Assembly: GCA_002269645.1 (NCBI GenBank)
Contig: NIVC01003985.1
Location: 1-64,000 of the forward strand
Direction: 5' to 3'
From: Macrostomum lignano
Taxonomy: Eukaryota
DNA length: 64,000 nt
The translations under genes and the position numbers were made by a program. Position 1 is the stretch's first letter. Each line of letters opens with the position of its first letter. The notes beneath the pieces are model-generated. The model did no database searches, had not been told where the DNA came from, and was given only the letters and a program-made list of their open reading frames with translations. Positions 24,262 to 35,300 of this stretch are shown piece after piece.

Positions 24262-24419
24262 CATTGTCGGATGATTCATCGTGCAGGAATGCACAAAACC
24301 GTGCAGGAATGCATTTCTGCGCCTAATGCTTTTTCAGTGAGATTTTACCATAGATATCCATTCCTGCACGCAAAAGAGTGCAAGAATGCCATTCCTGCAT
24401 GGAAAATCAGCCGACAATG
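24262..24419. mobile_element. MITE-like element with ~30-bp imperfect TIRs and internal TGCAGGAATG repeats
   Basis: cattgtcggatgattcatcgtgcaggaatg pairs with cattcctgcatggaaaatcagccgacaatg. Confidence 0.6.
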
Positions 24420-24579
24420 CCTTTTATACTGCATTTCGACGCTTTCAAATATGCATCTGCACAGCACAGATATCATTAAGTTTAGGCAATTCATAGTCGC
24501 CCAACGCTGAGCTAGATGTAAAAGCATTCTCAAAAGCAGTTTTTTTATTTAACAAAAGCTTTTACCAGTGAACAGGTTC

Positions 24580-27520
24580 AAGTAAACAAGAAGGTTCAGT
24601 GCAGAGAGGGTTGGCTGCATCGATTTTCTGGATTGCAAAGAATACAATTTGGAATGCTTGAAGCTACGCGTCAGTTGACTAAGTTAAGTTAAGCTAAGTT
24701 AGACAATGGGAGCAGTGCACGCGTTTTACTAAGGCTATAATTTTAACTAGAATTTAATTCTTCTTAAACAGTACACACATCTTTTCTGGGAAACTGTCAT
24801 CACGTTAGCTTGAAAAACAAAAAATACTCTTTAAGAGCCCATTGTTGAGCCAACTTTTACATGCCTCTACCATACTACATCGCTATCTCCCTCTTTTCAT
24901 CCCATCACGCACCGGGAGCTTAAGCCCAATTAATTACTTCTTGTTTGCCACATTTCAATAGCAGGAAAATCCGTTGTCATAGACGCTAGCACTAGCTCTT
25001 CATTGGACAGCAAGTGATATCTATAATTCATAGGGCCGAGCCCACTTCTCAACAGTGAATTGGAGGGAGAATGATTTCGCATTTCTTCTGAGGCAGCGCG
25101 ATGCAGATGAGAACTAAAAATTGCAACCCGTTTTTGCAAATTTACGGCAAACACACAAGCCATAAACACTTGCGCAGTCATATGAGTGATGTCGTGCGAC
25201 TTACATCATGACAGCCGACACCCAAGTCACAGAGAGTGTACATGCCTGCCGATTAGAGAAAGTCAAATTGGCGCTGTACACCTTGTGGCGAGCGTGTGTG
25301 TGACTGCGTGCCTGCGTACAGTTTGGTGCTCTTCTTAGTTAGCACTGGTTGTGACATGATGTCACTGAAGGCCTTCGGTCCTGGATGCCCATAATCCACT
25401 TGCAACTACGAGCTATTTATAGGTCATTTAAGCAGTTTTAAAAAAGCGTTTCACATGCCGCAAATTCCAAAGATAAAGACCAGTCTCACTGCGATTGAAA
25501 ACTTTTATTGAGAAGTCACCTCTTACCAATCGAAGGACAGAAAGGACGTAGTACATTTAGAGTCTAACTTAAAGGCTAAGACCTTTGCTCTAACTAAAGA
25601 AAAAGTAAAACAATTTTTTTTTGTATTCCACGGCTTGTACAAGCATTTTTTCACTTTTAAGTATGAATTTATAATTAATTTGATGACAGAATAAACAAGC
25701 CGCAACGGCACAAGATTTCCTACCAAAAAAGGTTACAAAAGGCAAAACAGCGTATTAAAACGTAGGAACAGAATAGAGAACGTTGCGAATTTTTGTTTCA
25801 ATGTTTACGAGCTCGTACTACTACGATCAATGAGTCAGCAGCTGCAACTATTCAAAATTCATTGCACGAAGGGCCGAACGAGGAACACGCAGAAGATGGC
25901 GACGGTGGCCACGCAGCCTATGATGGCCATCAGCCGCTCCACAGCGACCGCTGCAACCTGCCAGTCCGAGCGCCTTGGCTGTCCAGAGGTCTCTCCAAGG
26001 CTCTCATCTTCGTCGCCCACCTTGCTCACAACAGAGTCGTCGGCGTCTCTCTCCGGCGCCGTCCTGCCGCCGCCTCGCCTCTCACCGCACAGCATTGCGC
26101 GGCCCAGGCAGCTCACGAACACGAACCGAAGACACGACGGCATCGGCTGAGACTCCGCAGCGAAGTGGAACCGAATCGACACCGACGTCAGCAGCAGAGA
26201 CGACGTCGACAGCACCATGGCCGCCGTGATGAACGACGCCACGGCCGGCATCGACTGCGACTTGGGCAGCAGGCCGTCCAGCAGCAGCAGGAACACCGTG
26301 TAGCTCAGCATGATGGTGATGCCGAAGCCCAGCTTCTCTCCAGACTCAACGGGCACGAAGAAGACGAGCACCTGGAGCAGCGTGAGCAGCAGCAGGGGAG
26401 TCACCACGTTGAGCATGTAGTAGGTGGACTCGCGCTCGATCTCCAGTCGTACCACGTAGTTCGGCAGCGGAATTTTCGGTAGTCGTTTGAAAATTTTATA
26501 ATAGCGGAAGTGCACAAAGGTGCTCACATTTAGTATTCGCCATTCGCTATTTTCGACATAAGTAAAAAGCTCATTGTATTGCAGACCCTGTGCGAGCATG
26601 TCGCCTGTATGCGGCATGACCAGCTTATTGCCGCGGCCCATGTCGTACATGTAGAGCTCCATATCGCAGGTGTGCCGATCGAACGGGAACTGCCTCATGT
26701 CGAACTCGCAGGAGAACTCAAAGTTTCGTTTCCAGTTAGTGCTTACTATGGTTGAATTCGGTGACACGGAAGTCAGGAATACGGGAAGCTGGGGCTTCAT
26801 CAGCTGATCATCGCCGATGCCGTTGTACAGGAATATGATGGGGAACCAGATCAGACTGCTGTCCCAGTCCACGACCGACACTCCTCCGAACTTGGAGGGG
26901 TCCCACACCAGGCGCTGCTCCTCCCAGGTGGCATATAACAATCCGGAAATCTTGAAGCTCTGGCTAGCGCTTTCAACGGACACAATTTGATTAACTATGG
27001 CGGCTACAGAGACGTTCACAACTTCTGTGTGGTTGAGTCTCGGCCAGACCATCGGGTGATAGTCGGTGATGTTGTTCTTCAAGTACTTCATGAGCTCGAT
27101 TTGTGGATCAGATGCGTTGCACAGTGGCAGAGCTGCAACGAGAGCCACTGCTGGCAGAAGCAGCAGGTCCACTCTTGGATGAAGCATTGCCAAACTCAAA
27201 ATAAGAAAGTGTTTGCCGAAACTCAGCCTTTCTCTGGATGAACGTCAGTCGATACGCTTTTTCAGTTTGCCTCCAATTTAACGAGCCAACAGGAAAAAAA
27301 GAATTTTTCAACTACCCACTTTGCAGTTGCCAGACTTCTTTCCGCTAATTGGCTAGGCTCCTACTAGATACCAAATCAAAAAGGGATGTGGCACAAAAAA
27401 TGATTGACACTTTGACACAAAATTTCACTTTTGACCAAAATTTTAGCAATTCGTCAAACTTCTCAAGATCTGCTTAGCAACTCTGGGAACAATTATATTT
27501 TCGAATTCGGCAAGAATTCT
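24580..27520. other. Segmental duplicate of about 12240-15930 (receptor copy 4/5 unit with flanks)
   Basis: Shared non-coding blocks: aggttcagt..gagagggttggctgcat (about 12250 and 24593), cacttctcaacagtgaattggaggga (about 12646 and 25044), cacaagatttcctacc (about 14056 and 25709), ccgctaattggctagg (about 15735 and 27342). Confidence 0.85.
25859..27187 (-). CDS. Cys-loop ligand-gated ion channel subunit (nAChR-like, non-alpha), intronless, copy 5
   Basis: ATG at 27187; first 47 residues identical to copy 4; Cys-loop SCEFDMRQFPFDRHTC; identical M1-M3. Confidence 0.95.
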   Translation of the reverse strand: MLHPRVDLLLLPAVALVAALPLCNASDPQIELMKYLKNNITDYHPMVWPRLNHTEVVNVSVAAIVNQIVSVESASQSFKISGLLYATWEEQRLVWDPSKFGGVSVVDWDSSLIWFPIIFLYNGIGDDQLMKPQLPVFLTSVSPNSTIVSTNWKRNFEFSCEFDMRQFPFDRHTCDMELYMYDMGRGNKLVMPHTGDMLAQGLQYNELFTYVENSEWRILNVSTFVHFRYYKIFKRLPKIPLPNYVVRLEIERESTYYMLNVVTPLLLLTLLQVLVFFVPVESGEKLGFGITIMLSYTVFLLLLDGLLPKSQSMPAVASFITAAMVLSTSSLLLTSVSIRFHFAAESQPMPSCLRFVFVSCLGRAMLCGERRGGGRTAPERDADDSVVSKVGDEDESLGETSGQPRRSDWQVAAVAVERLMAIIGCVATVAIFCVFLVRPFVQ

Positions 27521-28249
27521 GGCATATTATGTAGAATTGGCTCTTTGTATCTTTGTTAGTTAAAATAATATTCTCAGTAAGCGATGCCTTACTTATAGTA
27601 GGGAAAACCGTATTTTTAGTATAAAAATTTACTCTAGGCGAGTAACCTACGTTTTCTAACTGTCTTATCTGACACTTAATCAAACTTTAATCGAGTTTTC
27701 AAGCTAGAATTCGTCGTACAAAAAAGCATGAAAAAATCGGAAGTGCCATATTCGACAGATATCGCACGAGAGTCAGAGGTGTTAAAAAACTTCAATATTC
27801 TCAGGAAGGCTGTTGTGGGCACCATGTGGTAAAGCCTTCAGCAACACGGTCCCACAACCAGCCCATTCCACTGACAACAGAATTATGAATTGACCCATTA
27901 GTCGTGGCGTGAAAGACAGACTTATCTTATTTATAATAAATCTGTGCGTTTTGTATGTAATTCTTAGTGTTCAGCACCGAATGTACGTAGCTTAGCTCGT
28001 ATATGATACACAATGTCTAATATTATGAATTTCTTATAGGCATAGGAAAGTTGAATTTTCATGTAAAATATGATTTTTGTTTAACCAAAAGACAAAGTCT
28101 GGTTAACACATTCTGACTACGCGGATATTGTGAAAGGAAGAGTCACCAAATATACGATGATTCGAAAAAAGTAAGTCTCAGGAACGTGGTATAAAGTAAG
28201 TATATTTGTGCTGTATCACTTTTTATTTGCATTTTAAAGACAACAATAA

Positions 28250-28640
28250 ACAAACAACAAAATACGCGAACCCGCATGCAAAGTCACAGTTAGAGCAGGG
28301 CGCGTCAAATGGCGCGCCGCAGAGCCTGGGAACGAACGAAATCCGCTCCGTTGGCAGTGTCGGGCGCCCCAGCGTCGCACAGCAGGCAGTCCACGTATCG
28401 ACGGGTTCGGGCCTGACCCCGCCTGAACAGGGTGAGCAACAGGACGTCCTGAACAGGTAGGGGGCAGTAGCCCTCGGCCCGGATCACGTGGCCTGCCATT
28501 TGAAGTCGCCGCCGGCGCAGGATGATGAACGGGCGCTGCAGTTTGGCCCGATCGTACAGGGCCTCGGTCTTGACACTCTCGCCAGCTCAAAAGGCCGCAC
28601 GGAGCAGCCATGAGTGCGCCGAGTATTGTTGTTGCAGTAG
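28250..28640 (-). mobile_element. 3' fragment of a non-LTR retrotransposon (RTE-like LINE)
   Basis: Translation EALYDRAKLQRPFIILRRRRLQMAGHVIR matches the LINE ORF2 C-terminal R-R-L-x-W/L-A-G-H motif. The 3' tail (cgcgccct..gcgtattttgttgtt) is shared with the copy near 46660. Confidence 0.75.
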
Positions 28641-29365
28641 CTGGAACTGGAGTGGCTTTACTGCAGAGCAGAGCAACTGACAGGACATTGAAAGCACCAT
28701 TAAGTTCTTCAGAGTGCCATTTAAGTAGGAAGCCCGAAGAAAAACGTTTGGAGTAAGGGAATAAAATTGTTGAATCGCAAGCGATTAGCGACGTCGGACT
28801 CCATGTCATGCCTGACGATTAGATAGTCAAAGGGCCGCTGTGCAACCCTGTGTGAGCGCTTGTATGAGTGCGTGTCTGTGTACATACATACTGTGTATTG
28901 AATCCGTGATTTTTTATAATTGTCCGCTTTGTATCTGTGGAAACAATTTTTTGCGGAGGCAAAATCTCGAATCCCTTTAAACGCAATCAATTGGCTGATG
29001 AGTACGCGTACGCATGCAATAAGCTGAGGTGCCGCTTCTTCTCATTGGGCGAGTGGTTCGCGATTTGCAGACAGCTGGGCTTGCACAGTGACCGGGCGAT
29101 GGCGCAGGGAGAGGAAGGCGTATCCAAGACGGGAAGGGAGGTAAAACGGTCTCTGACTGGGAGAGACAGGTGCACAGGAAAATATTTTAGTAGCTAGGTG
29201 GGTGAGAGGAGAATTAAATAACAGGACGGCTTCGGCGGAGCTTCTGATCTCTTCATAGCCATTACAGGAAGCCCATTTGATTTCTAACCCAGCTGACGCT
29301 CCAGCATCCGTCCGTACAAGCACGCCGCAACTTCCACATCAAAGCCAAACAGCACAGATCTGGCA

Positions 29366-32300
29366 ATGTCTGCAGGCAAAGCCGAATTTAGCTCGTCTGG
29401 CAGAAGCAATGGAATCACAACTGCAAGTGCTACAGTTGGTAGGCACATCGCTAGGACCACCCGGGTTGGTCCCGAGCCTGCGGCGAGTCTTAGCAACCAG
29501 CATCAGTGGGAGGAGCAGACAGTTGTGAGTTCGATCTGATGGTTCAAAGTTGTTTCATTTTAATCGAAATGAGAAGCATCCATTTTACACAGCGTTAAAA
29601 TTTTGAAGAATTTCGTGCACGAGATTCAAATGATCAGAATGACCCTATAATCGAACCAGCTGGGATTGATTGAAAACCTCATAAACACCTACTTTTACAG
29701 AGCAGAGCTGAGGAATTTCAGCTAAGACTTTCAAATTTGCCTCATCAAAACATTATCGATTTGTTTAAATGCGGCGTTCGAACTTCTGGCTCCCGACCGT
29801 GTCTTGGCTGGCGCAAAGACGTTCGGTCACCGTTCATCTGGCTGAGCTATCAAGAGGTGAGAGAAGAGTGGGTGCTGTGAATTGTGCTATTTTTCGTTTT
29901 AATAAAAAAAAATTGACCTTCATAAAAGCTTCAGGAAACGCTGTAAAAGCCTGAGCGAACTCAACCTGTGGGTGGCATGTTTAGCAAATCAAACAGGTGA
30001 ATTTATCGTGCACAAAAAGGACTGCGCAGCCGCTTTGAATTTTGAGCATGCTGAGCTTCCAGGAGAGTCAGTCGTTTGCGAATATTCTCAATAGAAATTA
30101 GTTCTAAGATTAGGTTTCTATGGCTATGGCTAGTCGCATTAGAAAATTTCCTGCTCAACATTGCACGCAACGGCTGCATGCAACTTGAGTAGCCAGGTAT
30201 AGTTAGACAATCATCTGATCAACGGCTTGCCCAGGTGCCATGAAGCTAAAGGATATTTAATCCAAGACTAAAGATTGTTGATGAATTCAAAGCTGCAAAG
30301 CTCTGAGCATAAGATCAAAGGCTCACTCAATTCAGTACAAAGTAGCTTAGTTTATAAATCTCGCAGAATCTACAAAAGCGCTGTTGACCAGATTTACGCA
30401 AATGGTGGATATTCAGCATGGCTACATTTGGATAAAGCTGTTTCAAAGCATTACTTGCATGTTTAAAGCGCTTCAAGCTAGAATTCCTATTTCAGCTCAT
30501 CGCTTCTCGTCCGCCTCATAAACCTTCTGGGCGCAGTTTCATAGCCTCAAACTAACAAATTCAAATAGAGGTGAAAATCATCCGTCAGTTTAATTAAATT
30601 AAATTAAATTAAATTAATTAATATAAAAGCAGCAACGCTTCAAGACTCCTGAACTCCTGTCATGCTTTTCTGCGGCAATTCGTGAAAAATATTTACAGCC
30701 GAATGCCTGCATGCGGACACGAGTCCAAGGCCAAGTGAGTGAGCAGGTGCGAATAGATGTACTTATATAGCCAAAAATATGGGCAAATCAGTCATAATGC
30801 TAATCTAAGAGAAACAGCACAAGGTCTGTAGGAAATACCGTTGGGCTTTCAAATATGAGACCAAGCAGTTGAAAACAATTTAAATACTTAATATCCTCGA
30901 ATTTAACCACAATAATTAATAAATGAAAACGCTTGCTATTTCAGTATTGCTTTCGAAATGATATTGTAATATAAACTGAAGTTGCTATTCCACTAGGAGT
31001 GCCAAATATTAAATTTTGTTAAAGCGTTGTGACTGCATTTATCATTGTCGGCAAGATTTGTTCATTTGGAAAGTTAAGTAGTTTGTTATATAAAAAGACA
31101 AAGTTAGTGAAATATTAAAAGATATATATTTATGTACACATAAATAGATAACAAATATAAACTATTTATTGATATTAAATTAACTGATCGACTAGCTAAT
31201 TATTTAAAAATCTATTAAGGATAACGCTCGTATTCAATATTATTCCAAATAAACAAATGGCCCCAACGATGACTAATGCCGTGCAGTCGACTTGTATCGG
31301 AATATTATCATTACTATTTCTATTGCTTCATTGTTCCCTGGAGTATTCGATGTTGCGACAAGTCTCAATTTTGCTGCAATCAAAGGTTACAGCTGATCCC
31401 AGAGATGAGGCCACTCCCATCTAAATTTTCCCCAGGTGCTGACCCAGTCGCACAGCCTCGGGTCTTACCTGTGTGGCGGTCGGGTGCGCCTGACCTCCGG
31501 CGACCGAGTGGCCATCCTGTCCAACCGCGGCAGGCCAGAGTGGTCCATCGCGGAGCTCGGCTGCTGCTTCTTCAGCCTCGTTCCCGTGGCCATCGACGAT
31601 GTCAGCCAGGCCAACCAGTCAGAGGACTCCGGCCAGCAGAATCTCTCAGAGCTGCACCGAGCCCTGCTGGCTGTTGGCGGCGTTGCGGTCGTTCTGCTGC
31701 TGTGCGACACCCAGTCCGAGGTGCAGCTGAGGCGGCTGGCCGCCATCAAAGCACCGCTGCTTCGCCAACACCTCCGATGCGTCATCGTGGCCGCGGACGA
31801 CGACGAAGTGCTCAGCAATGGTGAGCGTCGAGGAAGCTTGGGCGAGGCGGGCGGAGTTGCCGACGATGTTGAGATCGATGGTCTGCCCGTGGTCACCTGG
31901 CAGACGGCGCTGCGACACGGCCGAAGGGAGCCGCTCACGCCGGAATTACCGGGTCGGGATGACACTGCTGTCATCTGCTTCACCGGGGGCACCTGCGGTG
32001 AGTGGCGCTTGAGTTTTGACCGCCGAGATTGAGTCAATTTTTCGTGACTTCACTGACTCTCCTAACGTGACTTCACTGACTCTCCTAACGTGACTTCACT
32101 GACTCTCCTACGTGACTTCACTGACTCTCCTAACGTGACTTCACTGACTCTCCTAACGTGACTTCACTGACTCTCCTAACGTGACTTCACTGACTCTCCT
32201 AACGTGACTTCACTGACTCTCCTAACGTGACTTCACTGACTCTCCTAACGTGACTTCACTGACTCTCCTAACGTGACTTCACTGACTCTCCTAACGTGAC

Positions 32301-35300
32301 TTCACTGACTCTCCTAACGTGACTTCACTGACTCTCCTAACGTGACTTCACTGACTCTCCTAACGTGACTTCACTGACTCTCCTAACGTGACTTCACTGA
32401 CTCTCCTAACGTGACTTCACTGACTCTCATGCCGTGACTTCGCTGATTCTTATGCCGTGAAATCAAAAAATGCTGGCTCAACGCCTTCGAGTATGTTTTT
32501 TGTGTGATCATACGGCTATTATATATTTTTTCATCGCTTTGTACATCCTTGACATGATTCCATGGCGTTGTGAAGAAGCCTTAAAGTTAAAAATTAAGTC
32601 ATTTGACCTTTCGGTTGTTTTAAAATTCTATACATATACTAGAGAATTGGGTAACAGAAATGGACAAGACACTTCTTTACCTCAGTTGATTACTTTTCTT
32701 CTTCCTCACACAGTATTTTAGTTCAAGAGAAACCTTCAACATTGAAGCGAAAAGTTTTTACGGATGCTACCATATCCATAAGTTCACCAGGGCTTTTGAC
32801 TAAAGACGGAAAGGCACTTATGAAAGCGTTCGGAAGAACGCATTAGACTTAGGCGCATTAGAAGGTAAAATTCACAGCTGCTCGACTCATGCAGCGGCAG
32901 GAGTGAAACTGATCCCCATCAGAAAGGTCACCCAAGTAACCGCAAAGGCCAGAGTTCTAATTGGCTAACTCACCCCTCTGCACTTCCTGACTACGATGGA
33001 CAAAAGAAAACCTTTGGAAATTGTTTATTGAATACTCGTAATTCGATTTCAGAGACTAATTTAGCTTTGCCTGCTCAGGGGGCGCCACTCAGTAGTAACA
33101 CACCTGCAGTCTTTTCAGCAGCGAGGTGTGAGACAGCAAAAGGTCAAACTCGCATTATACAGCTCTGCTCTGGCCAAGTCAGATTGGTCTGCAATCGCAT
33201 GTAAATCTGTTGCGCTTTTTGGCTTCTGGGCTGTGCGAAATGTAGCAGATTATAGAATTAATGCTTTCCAGGCCATGGGTTAATTTTACCGCATGCCCCC
33301 AAAGAGGGTCCGGGGTGCTAGTCTGCATATACTAAAAATTTAGCATACTTTAATTTATAATTTAGGCTACGGGTTGTAGCCTAGTGCAGGTTAGAGCGTC
33401 GAACTCACGACTGAAAGGTCGGAGGTTCGATTCTCGACCCATTAGAAACAATTTGTGTTCTTGAGCAAGACATTCAACTCTGCATTGCTTCAGTTCACCA
33501 AGCTGTAAAATGGGTGCCAGTATTGGCTGCGGTAATTGAGGGTGTGTGTGGCGACCCCTCAGTCTTTGGACTGAACAGCCGTACGCAGCCTTCAGATGCG
33601 CCGCGCAAATAGCTGCGACTGAGCTGTCGGTTGCATATCTGCCTATTAGAACAGGTGCAATCTATTAGCCTACTGAAAGCTATGCTCGAATGTCCAGATT
33701 AATTCTAAAATATCTGGAGTCTCTCAATGTTTGCAAAGGGATGAATTTTCTGTGATGTGGCACATTGTGAAGCGGGGGATTTTCCTTTCTGAGCATCCGT
33801 TTAGTAATCCAAATAATTTCCATAAGAGCAGATTCCAAATTGCACCATTTGTCTAACAATCCATGCCAACCTCAAAGCGCCTATATTTGATCCCGAGTAC
33901 ATTTTTTTCCTTTTCAATTAATCGACGCGGTTATCTGTTCCTCCGCAGGTGCTCAAAGGGCGGTGCGCCTGACTCATGGCAACCTCATCGCTCAGTGGAT
34001 GGCCATGTGCGACTTCCTCTCGGCTGGCAGGGGAAATGTGAGTCCTCTCTCTTTTTACAGCTTCTCTTTCTCTCTAGCTAGCTACCGGTCTCCCAGGTAG
34101 GAGATTAGATTTGCTTTTTTCTTGATTAAAAAGCCTACAGGTATTATTAATTGCATTTCCTTGCAAAAGCAAAGGCCTGTCATTTTTATTTAATAGATTT
34201 GCAGGAGAATGTTACCCACCGATCAGCTATAAAAAGCAGCCATAAGTATTGTACTGGTACCTGCTCTGTGAACTCTTCATTTTTGAATAATCGGAAAATT
34301 ATGATAAATTGCTGCTACAAATTGCAATAAAGATGTTTGACAGGTGTTTCACAAAGTATCCTGATACAAACTGGCAGGTGGCATTGCCTCAGAAATATGT
34401 GGGCGGCAGTGTGCTTGTGCCAGAAGGAAAATTGTCTGAAAATGAAGACGCGGCAACAAGAAAATGTCAAAACAGATCTGCATCAAAATTCAAAGGTTTC
34501 AAAGGAATTAGCAGATTTCCACATAGCTTCAAATGTAAACGCCTGAAATGTGACTGTCTAATCGGTCAGGCATGCACTCTGTGTGCCTCGGGGGTTGGGG
34601 GTTATTATGACTCATCACTAATTGCCACAGAACTCCCTGACCCAACCCCGCCAGTGCTCGCTGCTCCCATCCAGCGAGGACGCCCACCTGAGCCACCTGC
34701 CGCTGTCTCAAGCATTCGAACGCAGCCACCAGCTGCTCTGCTTCTCCCAAGGCGTTCGCGTCGCGTTCTGCCACAGCGCGGCCGGGGACACCGCCGCGCA
34801 GGTGCAGTCGCTGCTGCAGGACATGCGCGAATTGCGGCCAACGCTGCTTTTTACAAGACCAGCCGTGCTCAACGGTTTCCAGAGCTGGTCGGCCGAGACA
34901 GCCCGATCCAGAGGCTGTTTGAGAGGCCTAGTCTACAATATCGCTTTGGGCAGACAGCTGGCTCGAGAAAGTCGAGAGCGTCCGCCAAACGAATTGAATG
35001 GGTCGTGCGACGCCGGCTTCTGGGACCGGTTCGTCTTTGGCGAGCTGCGAGCGGCCACGGGCGATCGGCTACGGCTGGCCTTGGTGGTTGCCGACCCGTT
35101 GCCAAGCGGGCTGAGGCTGTTCTCCGAGGCGGCCCTGGCCTGCCCAGTGCTTCCGGTCTACGGGCTGGCGGAAACGTCCGGGCCATGTCTGGTGGACGGC
35201 CGACCCTTGGGTCATCTGGCTGTCCGACTGACTGTGGCGTCCAGTTCGCGGACAGACAATGAAGCTGAAGACGTCAGTGAGTCGCCCCAGGAGCTCTGGC

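Noticed and set aside
33371-33445. tRNA genes (also at about 36555, 39187 and 42600)
   Set aside because: A/B boxes are present but the cloverleaf and acceptor stems are not convincing, and each continues into a shared repeat body, so these are SINE heads.
34309-35262. 317-aa ORF as a separate gene
   Set aside because: Off-frame overlap of ACSL intron 4 and exon 5; the ACSL frame carries the conserved motifs.
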